Of a stretch of 64,000 bases of DNA, positions 13,801-27,563 are shown in pieces; positions within the stretch are counted from its first letter, which is position 1; every line of letters starts with the position of its first letter. The notes under the pieces are model-generated. The model had not been told where the DNA came from and searched no databases. It was given only the letters and a program-made list of their open reading frames with translations. This DNA comes from Nemertoderma westbladi (lineage: Eukaryota > Animalia > Xenacoelomorpha), in assembly GCA_032718475.1 (NCBI GenBank), contig JAUCBJ010002022.1:1-64000 (forward strand), written 5' to 3'. Both the position numbers and the translations under genes were made by a program.

Positions 13801-16800
13801 TTCCGACTCCTTGTAACCTGGGTTTCCTTCCTACTGTAACCCATTCATACTCCTCTGGTTTACATTCCGACTCCTTGTAACCTGGGTTTCCTTCCTACTG
13901 TAACCCATACTCCTCTGGTTTACATTCCGACTCCTTGTAACCTGGGTTTCCTTCCTACTGTAACCCATTCATACTCCTCTGGTTTACATTCCGACTCCTT
14001 GTAACCTGGGTTTCCTTCCTACTGTAACCCATTCATACTCCTCTGGTTTACATTCCGACTCCTTGTAACCTGGGTTTCCTTCCTACTGTAACCCATACTC
14101 CTCTGGTTTACATTCCGACTCCTGGTAACCTGGGTTTCCTTCCTACTGTAACCCATTCATACTCCTCTGGTTTACATTCCGACTCCTTGTAACCTGGGTT
14201 TCCTTCGTACTGTAACCCATACTCCCTTGGTTTACATTCCGACTCCTTGTAACCTGGGTTTCCCTTCCTACTGTAACCCATTCATACTCCTCTGGTTTAC
14301 ATTCCGACTCCTTGTAACCTGGTTTCCCTTCCTACTGTAACCCATTCATACTCCTCTGGTTTACATTCCGACTCCTTGTAACCTGGATTCCCTTCCTACT
14401 GTAACCCATACTCCTTTGGTTTACATTCCGACTCCTTGTAACCTGGGTTTCCTTCCTACTGTAACCCATACTCCTTTGGTTTACATTCCGACTCCTTGTA
14501 ACCTGGGTTTCCTTCCTACTGTAACCCATACTCCTCTGGTTTACATTCCGACTCCTTGTAACCTGGGTTTCCTTCCTACTGTAACCCATACTCCCTTGGT
14601 TTACATTCCGACTCCTTGTAACCTGGGTTTCCTTCCTACTGTAACCCATTCATACTCCTCTGGTTTACATTCCGACTCCTTGTAACCTGGGTTTCCTTCC
14701 TACTGTAAACCATACTCCTCTGGTTTACATTCCGACTCCTTGTAACCTGGGTTTCCTTCCTACTGTAACCCATACTCCTCTGGTTTACATTCCGACTCCT
14801 TGTAACCTGGGTTTCCTTCCTACTGTAACCCATACTCCTCTGGTTTACATTCTGACTCCTTGTAACCTGGGTTTCCTTCCTACTGTAACCCATACTCCCT
14901 TGGTTTACATTCCGACTCCTTGTAACCTGGGTTTCCCTTCCTACTGTAACCCATACTCCTCTGGTTTACATTCCGACTCCTTGTAACCTGGGTTTCCTTC
15001 CTACTGTAACCCATACTCCTCTGGTTTACATTCCGACTCCTTGTAACCTGGGTTTCCTTCCTACTGTAACCCATACTCCTTTGGTTTACATTCCGACTCC
15101 TGGTAACCTGGGTTTCCTTCCTACTGTAACCCATACTCCTCTGGTTTACATTCCGACTCCTCGTAACCTGGGTTTCCTTCCTACTGTAACCCATGCTCCT
15201 CTGGTTTACATTCCGACTCCTTGTAACCTGGGTTTCCTTCCTACTGTAACCCATTCATACTCCTCTGGTTTACATTCCGACTCCTTGTAACCTGGGTTTC
15301 CTTCCTACTGTAACCCATTCATACTCCTCTGGTTTACATTCCGACTCATTGTAACCTGGGTTTCCTTCCTACTGTAACCCATACTCCTCTGGTTTACATT
15401 CCGACTCATTGTAACCTGGGTTTCCTTCCTACTGTAACCCATACTCCTCTGGTTTACATTCCGACTCCTTGTAACCTGGGTTTCCTTCCTACTGTAACCC
15501 ATTCATACTCCTCTGGTTTACATTCCGACTCCTTGTAACCTGGGTTTCCTTCCTACTGTAACCCATTCATACTCCTCTGGTTTACATTCCGACTCCTTGT
15601 AACCTGGGTTTCCTTCCTACTGTAACCCATACTCCCTTGGTTTACATTCCGACTCCTTGTAACCTGGGTTTCCTTCCTACTGTAACCCATACTCCTCTGG
15701 TTTACATTCCGACTCCTTGTAACCTGGGTTTCCTTCCTACTGTAACCCATACTCCCTTGGTTTACATTCCGACTCCTTGTAACCTGGGTTTCCTTCCTAC
15801 TGTAACCCATACTCCTCTGGTTTACATTCCGACTCCATGTAACCTGGGTTTCCTTCCTACTGTAACCCATACTCCTTTGGTTTACATTCCGACTCCTTGT
15901 AACCTGGGTTTCCTTCCTACTGTAACCCATACTCCTCTGGTTTACATTCCGACTCCTTGTAACCTGGGTTTCCTTCCTACTGTAACCCATACTCCCTTGG
16001 TTTACATTCCGACTCCTTGTAACCTGGGTTTCCTTCCTACTGTAACCCATTCATACTCCTCTGGTTTACATTCCGACTCCTTGTAACCTGGGTTTCCTTC
16101 CTACTGTAAACCATACTCCTCTGGTTTACATTCCGAATCCTTGTAACCTGGGTTTCCTTCCTACTGTAACCCATTCATACTCCGCTGGTTTACATTCCGA
16201 CTCCTTGTAACCTGGGTTTCCTTCCTACTGTAACCCATACTCCTCTGGTTTACATTCCGACTCCTTGTAACCTGGGTTTCCTTCCTACTGTAACCCATAC
16301 TCCTTTGGTTTACATTCCGACTCCTTGTAACCTGGGTTTCCTTCCTACTGTAACCCATACTCCTCTGGTTTACATTCCGACTCCTTGTAACCTGGGTTTC
16401 CTTCCTACTGTAACCCATACTCCCTTGGTTTACATTCCGACTCCTTGTAACCTGGGTTTCCTTCCTACTGTAACCCATTCATACTCCTCTGGTTTACATT
16501 CCGACTCCTTGTAACCTGGGTTTCCTTCCTACTGTAAACCATACTCCTCTGGTTTACATTCCGACTCCTTGTAACCTGGGTTTCCTTCCTACTGTAACCC
16601 ATACTCCTCTGGTTTACATTCCGACTCCTTGTAACCTGGGTTTCCTTCCTACTGTAACCCATACTCCTCTGGTTTACATTCTGACTCCTTGTAACCTGGG
16701 TTTCCTTCCTACTGTAACCCATACTCCCTTGGTTTACATTCCGACTCCATGTAACCTGGGTTTCCCTTCCTACTGTAACCCATACTCCTCTGGTTTACAT

Positions 16801-19800
16801 TCCGACTCCTTGTAACCTGGGTTTCCTTCCTACTGTAACCCATACTCCTCTGGTTTACATTCCGACTCCTTGTAACCTGGGTTTCCTTCCTACTGTAACC
16901 CATACTCCTTTGGTTTACATTCCGACTCCTTGTAACCTGGGTTTCCTTCCTACTGTAACCCATACTCCTCTGGTTTACATTCCGACTCCTTGTAACCTAG
17001 GTTTCCTTCCTACTGTAACCCATACTCCCTTGGTTTACATTCCGACTCCTTGTAACCTGGGTTTCCTTCCTACTGTAACCCATACTCCTCTGGTTTACAT
17101 TCCGACTCCTTGTAACCTGGGTTTCCTTCCTACTGTAACCCATACTCCTCTGGTTTACATTCCGACTCCTGGTAACCTGGGTTTCCTTCCTACTGTAACC
17201 CATACTCCTCTGGTTTACATTCCGACTCCTTGTAACCTGGGTTTCCTTCCTACTGTAACCCATACTCCTCTGGTTTACATTCCGACTCCTTGTAACCTGG
17301 GTTTCCTTCCTACTGTAACCCATACTCCTCTGGTTTACATTCCGACTCCTTGTAACCTGGGTTTCCTTCCTACTGTAACCCATTCATACTCCCCTGGTTT
17401 ACATTCCGACTCCTTGTAACCTGGGTTTCCTTCCTACTGTAACCCATACTCCTCTGGTTTACATTCCGACTCCTTGTAACCTGGGTTTCCTTCCTACTGT
17501 AACCCATTCATACTCCTCTGGTTTACATTCCGACTCCTTGTAACCTGGGTTTCCTTCCTACTGTAACCCATTCATACTCCTCTGGTTTACATTCCGACTC
17601 CTTGTAACCTGGGTTTCCTTCCTACTGTAACCCATACTCCTCTGGTTTACATTCCGACTCCTGGTAACCTGGGTTTCCTTCCTACTGTAACCCATTCATA
17701 CTCCTCTGGTTTACATTCCGACTCCTTGTAACCTGGGTTTCCTTCCTACTGTAACCCATTCATACTCCTCTGGTTTACATTCCGACTCCTTGTAACCTGG
17801 GTTTCCTTCCTACTGTAACCCATACTCCTCTGGTTTACATTCCGACTCCTTGTAACCTGGGTTTCCTTCCTACTGCAACCCATACTCCTTTGGTTTACAT
17901 TCCGACTCCTGGTAACCTGGGTTTCCTTCCTACTGTAACCCATACTCCTCTGGTTTACATTCCGACTCCTCGTAACCTGGGTTTCCTTCCTACTGTAACC
18001 CATGCTCCTCTGGTTTACATTCCGACTCCTTGTAACCTGGGTTTCCTTCCTACTGTAACCCATTCATACTCCTCTGGTTTACATTCCGACTCCTTGTAAC
18101 CTGGGTTTCCTTCCTACTGTTACCCATACTCCTCTGGTTTACATTCCGACTCATTGTAACCTGGGTTTCCTTCCTACTGTAACCCATACTCCTCTGGTTT
18201 ACATTCCGACTCCTTGTAACCTGGGTTTCCTTCCTACTGTAACCCATTCATACTCCTCTGGTTTACATTCCGACTCCTTGTAACCTGGGTTTCCTTCCTA
18301 CTGTAACCCATACTCCTCTGGTTTACATTCCGACTCCTTGTAACCTGGGTTTCCTTCCTACTGTAACCCATTCATACTCCTCTGGTTTACATTCCGACTC
18401 CTTGTAACCTGGGTTTCCTTCCTACTGTAACCCATACTCCCTTGGTTTACATTCCGACTCCTTGTAACCTGGGTTTCCTTCCTACTGTAACCCATTCATA
18501 CTCCTCTGGTTTACATTCCGACTCCTTGTAACCTGGGTTTCCTTCCTACTGTAAACCATACTCCTCTGGTTTACATTCCGACTCCTTGTAACCTGGGTTT
18601 CCTTCCTACTGTAACCCATACTCCTCTGGTTTACATTCCGACTCCTTGTAACCTGGGTTTCCTTCCTACTGTAACCCATACTCCTCTGGTTTACATTCTG
18701 ACTCCTTGTAACCTGGGTTTCCTTCCTACTGTAACCCATACTCCCTTGGTTTACATTCCGACTCCTTGTAACCTGGGTTTCCCTTCCTACTGTAACCCAT
18801 TCATACTCCTCTGGTTTACATTCCGACTCCTTGTAACCTGGTTTCCCTTCCTACTGTAACCCATTCATACTCCTCTGGTTTACATTCCGACTCCTTGTAA
18901 CCTGGATTCCCTTCCTACTGTAACCCATACTCCTTTGGTTTACATTCCGACTCCTTGTAACCTGGGTTTCCTTCCTACTGTAACCCATACTCCTCTGGTT
19001 AACATTCCGACTCCTGGTAACCTGGGTTTCCTTCCTACTGTAACCCATTCATACTCCTCTGGTTTACATTCCGACTCCTTGTAACCTGGGTTTCCTTCCT
19101 ACTGTAACCCATTCATACTCCTCTGGTTTATATTCCGACTCCTTGTAACCTGGGTTTCCTTCCTACTGTAACCCATACTCCTCTGGTTTACATTCCGACT
19201 CCTGGTAACCTGGGTTTCCTTCCTACTGTAACCCATACTCCTCTGGTTTACATTCCGACTCCTTGTAACCTGGGTTTCCTTCCTACTGTAACCCATACTC
19301 CTCTGGTTTACATTCCGACTCCTTGTAACCTGGGTTTCCTTCCTACTGTAACCCATACTCCTCTGGTTTACATTCCGACTCCTTGTAACCTGGGTTTCCT
19401 TCCTACTGTAACCCATTCATACTCCTCTGGTTTACATTCCGACTCCTTGTAACCTGGGTTTCCTTCCTACTGTAACCCATACTCCTCTGGTTTACATTCC
19501 GACTCCTTGTAACCTGGGTTTCCTTCCTACTGTAACCCATTCATACTCCTCTGGTTTACATTCCGACTCCTTGTAACCTGGGTTTCCTTCCTACTGTAAC
19601 CCATTCATACTCCTCTGGTTTACATTCCGACTCCTTGTAACCTGGGTTTCCTTCCTACTGTAACCCATACTCCTCTGGTTTACATTCCGACTCCTGGTAA
19701 CCTGGGTTTCCTTCCTACTGTAACCCATTCATACTCCTCTGGTTTACATTCCGACTCCTTGTAACCTGGGTTTCCTTCCTACTGTAACCCATTCATACTC

Positions 19801-22800
19801 CTCTGGTTTACATTCCGACTCCTTGTAACCTGGGTTTCCTTCCTACTGTAACCCATACTCCTCTGGTTTACATTCCGACTCCTTGTAACCTGGGTTTCCT
19901 TCCTACTGCAACCCATACTCCTTTGGTTTACATTCCGACTCCTGGTAACCTGGGTTTCCTTCCTACTGTAACCCATACTCCTCTGGTTTACATTCCGACT
20001 CCTCGTAACCTGGGTTTCCTTCCTACTGTAACCCATGATCCTCTGGTTTACATTCCGACTCCTTGTAACCTGGGTTTCCTTCCTACTGTAACCCATTCAT
20101 ACTCCTCTGGTTTACATTCCGACTCCTTGTAACCTGGGTTTCCTTCCTACTGTAACCCATACTCCTCTGGTTTACATTCCGACTCATTGTAACCTGGGTT
20201 TCCTTCCTACTGTAACCCATACTCCTCTGGTTTACATTCCGACTCCTTGTAACCTGGGTTTCCTTCCTACTGTAACCCATACTATACTCCCTTGGTTTAC
20301 ATTCCGACTCCTTGTAACCTGGGTTTCCTTCCTACTGTAACCCATACTCCTCTGGTTTACATTCCGACTCCATGTAACCTGGGTTTCCTTCCTACTGTAA
20401 CCCATACTCCTTTGGTTTACATTCCGACTCCTTGTAACCTGGGTTTCCTTCCTACTGTAACCCATACTCCTCTGGTTTACATTCCGACTCCTTGTAACCT
20501 GGGTTTCCTTCCTACTGTAACCCATACTCCCTTGGTTTACATTCCGACTCCTTGTAACCTGGGTTTCCTTCCTACTGTAACCCATTCATACTCCTCTGGT
20601 TTACATTCCGACTCCTTGTAACCTGGGTTTCCTTCCTACTGTAAACCATACTCCTCTGGTTTACATTCCGAATCCTTGTAACCTGGGTTTCCTTCCTACT
20701 GTAACCCATTCATAATCCGCTGGTTTACATTCCGACTCCTTGTAACCTGGGTTTCCTTCCTACTGTAACCCATACTCCTCTGGTTTACATTCCGACTCCT
20801 TGTAACCTGGGTTTCCTTCCTACTGTAACCCATACTCCTTTGGTTTACATTCCGACTCCTTGTAACCTGGGTTTCCTTCCTACTGTAACCCATACTCCTC
20901 TGGTTTACATTCCGACTCCTTGTAACCTAGGTTTCCTTCCTACTGTAACCCATACTCCCTTGGTTTACATTCCGACTCCTTGTAACCTGGGTTTCCTTCC
21001 TACTGTAACCCATTCATACTCCTCTGGTTTACATTCCGACTCCTTGTAACCTGGGTTTCCTTCCTACTGTAAACCATACTCCTCTGGTTTACATTCCGAC
21101 TCCTTGTAACCTGGGTTTCCTTCCTACTGTAACCCATACTCCTCTGGTTTACATTCCGACTCCTTGTAACCTGGGTTTCCTTCCTACTGTAACCCATACT
21201 CCTCTGGTTTACATTCTGACTCCTTGTAACCTGGGTTTCCTTCCTACTGTAACCCATACTCCCTTGGTTTACATTCCGACTCCTTGTAACCTGGGTTTCC
21301 CTTCCTACTGTAACCCATTTATACTCCTCTGGTTTACATTCCGACTCCTTGTAACCTGGTTTCCCTTCCTACTGTAACCCATTCATACTCCTCTGGTTTA
21401 CATTCCGACTCCTTGTAACCTGGATTTCCTTCCTACTGTAACCCATACTCCTTTGGTTTACATTCCGACTCCTTGTAACCTGGGTTTCCTTCCTACTGTA
21501 ACCCATACTCCTCTGGTTAACATTCCGACTCCTTGTAACCTGGGTTTCCCTTCCTACTGTAACCCATTCATACTCCTCTGGTTTACATTCCGACTCCTTG
21601 TAACCTGGGTTTCCTTCCTACTGTAACCCATACTCCTCTGGTTTACATTCCGACTCCTTGTAACCTGGGTTTCCTTCCTACTGTAACCCATTCATAGTCC
21701 TCTGGTTTACATTCCGACTCCTTGTAACCTGGGTTTCCTTCCTACTGTAACCCATACTCCTCTGGTTTACATTCCGACTCCTTGTAACCTGGGTTTCCTT
21801 CCTACTGTAACCCATTCATACTCCTCTGGTTTACATTCCGACTCCTTGTAACCTGGGTTTCCTTCCTACTGTAACCCATTCATACTCCTCTGGTTTACAT
21901 TCCGACTCCTTGTAACCTGGGTTTCCTTCCTACTGTAACCCATACTCCTCTGGTTTACATTCCGACTCCTGGTAACCTGGGTTTCCTTCCTACTGTAACC
22001 CATTCATACTCCTCTGGTTTACATTCCGACTCCTTGTAACCTGGGTTTCCTTCCTACTGTAACCCATTCATACTCCTCTGGTTTACATTCCGACTCCTTG
22101 TAACCTGGGTTTCCTTCCTACTGTAACCCATACTCCTCTGGTTTACATTCCGACTCCTTGTAACCTGGGTTTCCTTCCTACTGTAACCCATTCATACTCC
22201 TCTGGTTTACATTCCGACTCCTTGTAACCTGGGTTTCCTTCCTACTGTAACCCATTCATACTCCTCTGGTTTACATTCCGACTCCTTGTAACCTGGGTTT
22301 CCTTCCTACTGTAACCCATTCATACTCCTCTGGTTTACATTCCGACTCCTTGTAACCTGGGTTTCCTTCCTACTGTAACCCATTCATACTCCTCTGGTTT
22401 ACATTCCGACTCCTTGTAACCTGGATTTCCTTCCTACTGTAACCCATTCATACTCCTCTGGTTTACATTCCGACTCCTTGTAACCTGGGTTTCCTTCCTA
22501 CTGTAACCCATTCATACTCCTCTGGTTTACATTCCGACTCCTTGTAACCTGGGTTTCCTTCCTACTGTAACCCATTCATACTCCTCTGGTTTACATTCCG
22601 ACTCCTTGTAACCTGGGTTTCCTTCCTACTGTAACCCATTCATACTCCTCTGGTTTACATTCCGACTCCTTGTAACCTGGGTTTCCTTCCTACTGTAACC
22701 CATTCATACTCCTCTGGTTTACATTCCGACTCCTTGTAACCTGGATTTCCTTCCTACTGTAAACCATACTCCTCTGGTTTACATTCCGACTCCTTGTAAC

Positions 22801-23837
22801 CTGGGTTTCCTTCCTACTGTAACCCATTCATACTCCTCTGGTTTACATTCCGACTCCTTGTAACCTGGGTTTCCTTCCTACTGTAACCCATTCATACTCC
22901 TCTGGTTTACATTCCGACTCCTTGTAACCTGGGTTTCTTTCCTACTGTAACCCATTCATACTCCTCTGGTTTACATTCCGACTCCTTGTAACCTGGGTTT
23001 CCTTCCTACTGTAACCCATACTCCTCTGGTTTACATTCCAACTCCTTGTAACCTGGGTTTCCTACCTACTGTAAACCATACTCCTTTGGTTTACATTCCG
23101 AATCCTTGTAACCTGGGTTTCCTTCCTACTGTAACCCATACTCCTTTGGTTTACATTCCGACTCCTGGTAACCTGGGTTTCCTTCCTACTGTAAACCATA
23201 CTCCTCTGGTTTACATTCCGACTCCTTGTAACCTGGGTTTCCTTCCTACTGTAACCCATTCATACTCCTCTGGTTTACATTCCGACTCCTGGTAACCTGG
23301 GTTTCCTTCCTACTGTAAACCATACTCCTCTGGTTTACATTCCGACTCCTTGTAACCTGGGTTTCCTTCCCACTGTAACCCATTCATACTCCTCTGGTTT
23401 ACATTCCGACTCCTTGTAACCTGGGTTTCCTTCCTACTGTATCCCCTTCATACTCCTCTGGTTTACATTCCGACTCCTTGTAACCTGGGTTTCCTTCCTA
23501 CTGTAAACCATACTCCTCTGGTTTACATTCCGACTCCTTGTAACCTGGGTTTCCTTCCTACTGTAACCCATACTCCTCTGGTTTACATTCCGACTCCTTG
23601 TAACCTGGGTTTCCTTCCTACTGTAACCCACACTCCTCTGGTTTACATTCCGACTCCTTGTAACCTGGGTTTCCTTCCTACTGTAACCCATTCATACTCC
23701 TCTGGTTTACATTCCGACTCCTTGTAACCTGGGTTTCCTTCCTACTGTAAACCATACTCCTCTGGTTTACATTCCCACTCCTTGTAACCTGGGTTTCCTT
23801 CCTACTGTAAACCATTCATACTCCTCTGGTTTACATT
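7810..23837. repeat. 60/64-bp minisatellite array, about 16 kb, roughly 260 units
   Basis: Unit ctggtttacattccgactccttgtaacctgggtttccttcctactgtaacccat(tcat)actcct, with an optional 4-bp insert and sparse SNP variants. Confidence 0.98.
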
Positions 23838-25129
23838 TACCTTGCCCAATCGCAATCACGTGATTCCTGTGCCAATAAAACAATGGCCCTTGGGTAAATT
23901 ATCCATTTGCAAAACGCAAAAGTTAATATAAAAAAATTTCCAGAATTATTAGATTCCATGTAAATGCCGAATAAATTAAATATCGACCCCGTTGGACACA
24001 TTGATTTTCATGTTATAGTAAATTCAGAATTCTCTTGCATTCTAGAGGACTCCAAACAACCACCAGGTCATGGACTTGCTTTTAATTAAGTTTTTGTGGT
24101 GTGGAGAATTAGGGTGTGTTTTTGTTTATAATATTTACTGTCTTTCTCAGCAATAGGACAACCTTCCCTTAGTTTATTAAAATAAGTCCAAGTATCCCCC
24201 TCCCTATTTCACGCCTAACTATCATTGGTTGTTTCCCCATTAGTTGACATGTTTCATTCATTTATAAGACAATAGTACGTGAACCTACTCTCTGTATCTC
24301 ACATCCGTTATCGGTTGGAAGTTGCTGGGCCTGGAATGTTAGGAATTCCATATATATTTGGTATTTCTCTTGCGGTGGCTGGACAACAGCTGCACGTTGA
24401 AGTTAAATGCTACTAGCTAGCTAGCTGTCATTTATACAGCACTTTCCAGTCTAGGGTATTTATATAAACGATCCGTTAATATTTGTAACTATCTTATTAG
24501 GGACTCTTATTATTTTACTTCTTCCGTTCTGCTCCTGTGAGAAACACATTATTATTTTATTGTTGACCTACGCAAGTTTATTGTTGCTAACATGCGCAAA
24601 TTATAAATAGGTAGGTATATATAAATGACTACTAGTCAATTACTGTTACTAATTATGAATACTTTTGGTTAATATTGAATTTCACCCATGTTAAGAATAC
24701 CAGGTTTTTACTTTTCTGTTTAAATTTAATTTAAATTTTGTATAACGGTATGACGAATTTGTATTTTTTAAGTTACCCCTATTGAGGCTTTATGGCGCTT
24801 ATTTTTGTCTTAACCTGCACAGATATTAATTCGTTTATTGTTTTAGTTAGATTCAGCCCTTCTGCAACCTGGGTTTAGTGAAACCCTGGTATTCTGCACA
24901 TGGGGGTGGGGGTAGTAAACGGCAAATTGAAATATAAGAGAGCAAAGTTCCGAAGAAAGGGAAGAGCCGTTATATTTTTAATTCATTATTTTAACATATG
25001 CTGAAGGTCTTCTTTCTGCTCACTGTTTATAAGAAGACGAAGAAAGGGTATTCGAGAAGGTTATTCGAGAAATTTATTGGCATACTTTCTATCAGTTTTA
25101 CAGATCAAATAGTTGAGTGTTGGATAGGT

Positions 25130-25330
25130 ACGGGGATGGGGTGGTGAAAACTGGACGCAAATCCCATGTCGCATAAATAATACCTCGTCTCAATGTTAAA
25201 TTATACCAATTAGGGAAAGGAGCAGGTTGCAGTGGCAGAGATTCTAGCGTCAATAGAACAGGTTTACGGTTTTATTTTTGAGAATAATCAGCTGTAATTT
25301 GCGTCGATTTTTCCCTGGAGAGGGATGAAT
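25130..25330. repeat. Dispersed repeat of about 200 bp (further copies near 36260-36470 and, rearranged, 50488-50640)
   Basis: Shared motifs aactggacgcaaat, ctcaatgttaaatt, ggaaaggagca, aatcagctgt and tgcgtcga..tt.ccctggagagggatg. Confidence 0.7.
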
Positions 25331-25552
25331 GGCTGTGAGTAACGCTAAACTGTAAACGAGAAAGAACTTATTGTCACCTGTTTCAGTTTGCCGAAATTAT
25401 TATCTAGTTCTGCACTCGATGACCATTTTGGATAAAAACCAACTAATTTCGATACACTCAGACAGAATTGTAGAATTTCGATCAACTGTAAAGTCCGACA
25501 AAATGTGATTATTTTGGAAATATTATGTAACTCAGTCGGTAGAAGAAGATGT

Positions 25553-25695
25553 GCATCGTGTAGAACTTTATACGGCGGGTGAGAATGCAATAGCTTCCAC
25601 AATACCCAGCATTCATAATTCATATGGTCCTTGGACGCAGCTGCAATATCACCAGCCAAATTAATTCACCCGCCGTATAAAGTTCTACATTATGC
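25553..25695. repeat. Inverted repeat or small MITE-like hairpin
   Basis: Perfect 24-bp inverted repeat tgtagaactttatacggcgggtga (25559-25582) / tcacccgccgtataaagttctaca (25666-25689), extendable with mismatches. Confidence 0.85.
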
Positions 25696-26388
25696 GCCTC
25701 CTGATTTCCCTTTTTCAAATAAATTATATTTTCATTGACTCCTCAAGGCTGATTGTATTAATATTTGCACTTAATAAATAGTATTAGTTTTTTCAAAAAT
25801 TTTGTTTCTGTAATCACATTACCCATTATTGATAGTGCAATGTAACACCACAAAGACTAAAAAAAACTCTTCTGCATCATATTATTCAAATTTAAGTTAG
25901 AGGTAATTTTATTCTATTTAGAAAGAAAATATCTTAATGTAATTTCAATTGTGTATCTCATTTGATAGAGATTAGTTGGACTTATTAATTTGTTCGGCGT
26001 GATACCCCTACTCCTTATTATCTGGGAGTAATCATCCAAGGGGACTCAGTTCGTATGTTATCCCGTAGCTTCACTCTTTCCTGTCAATCCACTTACCACT
26101 AATCCGTTTTATTCGGTATATATAGCTATTGCAACATTCGAGTTTATTTAGCATCTACCTAGATCCACACCATCTGCCAGGCCATCCTTCCCGTCTACCA
26201 TTGGTTCTACTTCGTGTCTCTATTGGTGGTATGCTTCACAGTGCAGTGCCGCATGCCGCCGTAACAAACAACCTCAATACGGACACACCAACTGCTCTGC
26301 TACATACACCAGCTTCCTAGCGAGTAGCGATACCGGTAGCGCGGTGGTAACGCCTTTTATTACACAATCTCGCGGTATTACTTCGCAG

Positions 26389-26706
26389 GTGCTCCAAGTG
26401 CGGACAGGCAATCCCTAACGGTACTCGAGTTTTATACGACAGAGAGCATCCATTGTGCGTCGGGTGTCAACCGGTGGTTAACGGTTCCGCTGATCGCCGC
26501 CATCCCCAGCCCCAGCGCCCTGTCTGCGCCGCGTGCTGTAGCCCTCTACCGGACGACGAGGACGGAGTTGTGAAAGCGTTGAATCGCAACTGGCACGCCG
26601 ATTGTTTCGTTTGCGGCGAATGTAAACAGCTGATATCTGGGGATTATATTGGGAACCAAGATATTCCTTATTGTCGGAAGGACTACATTAAGTTATTCAG
26701 CGCTAA
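26389..26706 (+). CDS. ABLIM: abLIM/UNC-115-like gene, exon A (C-terminal half of LIM2 plus LIM3)
   Basis: Acceptor ttcgcag|G at 26388 and donor AA|gtaagt at 26707. Translates CSKCGQAIPNGTRVLYDREHPLCVGC, then CAAC-x-WHADCFVCGEC-x-PYCRKDY, a full LIM zinc-ligand pattern. Phase 2 at both ends. Confidence 0.9.
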
Positions 26707-27421
26707 GTAAGTAGACCTTATTTATACGAAACAAAGTATTCGACTAGATTTTTCCATTTTAATTATTTATTATCTCTCTGTTTCGATAGCCATGTATTGA
26801 GTGTCCGTCGCTGTTCATATCGCCAGAGTAAGAATGTAGCGATATAATCTTTACTTGTAGTTTTCTTTGTGTGATCTTAAATGTAATTTTATTTTTTCGG
26901 AACAAAACAAATATATTATATGCCTGTTATGGTATTTTACAGTATTATTGACACAACTTGTAATAAAAACCACACTCAATAAAGTGTAAACATTTAGTAG
27001 TACCCCCACCCCCACCCCGTCTAGACATTAGGTAATATTTAAAGATAAAGATCATCATTTTAGATATATCGTAGATGTTTGATAGATCCTATGGTAGTTT
27101 GGCACATATTTTCTTACTAAACATTGTCGTCACATTGTTTACTTGTCTGTGTCTAATCGTAAGTATCCATAATTATGTTCTTATTAAGGAGCACAGGACC
27201 ATCTATTGCTACACTGCACTGTCCAGGTCATTCACCTATTATAGTGCCAGTATATTTTTATGTTTTCATATAATTAAATACTATTGATTATATTAATAAA
27301 CTAAAAACTTACATAATTATTCATTATTAACAACGCAAATATTGACATATTTTATTATCGTTGATTCATGAATCAATATTTTGTTCTGAACCCAATATTA
27401 GGGTTATTTGTTTTTGTGTAG

Positions 27422-27563
27422 GTGTCACAAGTGCAAAGAACCCATAGTGACAGGGAAGATTCTACAAGCAGGAGATAAAACGTACCATCCAAACTGCGCT
27501 CAGTGTAAATACTGCCACGCAGACTTTAGTGACGGTGAAGACTTGTACATTTTATTTGCAGAG
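27422..27563 (+). CDS. ABLIM: abLIM/UNC-115-like gene, exon B (most of LIM4)
   Basis: Acceptor ttgtttttgtgtag|G completes the AA+G Lys codon from exon A. Translates CHKCKEPIVTGKILQAGDKTYHPNCAQCKYCHADFSDGEDLYILFAE, resembling abLIM LIM4 (GKVLQAG..HPxCARC..GEEMYL). Donor GAG|gtttgt, phase 0. Confidence 0.88.

Noticed and set aside
8112-23691. Repeated MGYSRKETQV and MVYIPTPCNL ORFs
   Set aside because: They are translations of the 60-bp unit, broken wherever the 4-bp insert occurs, with no sign of coding constraint.
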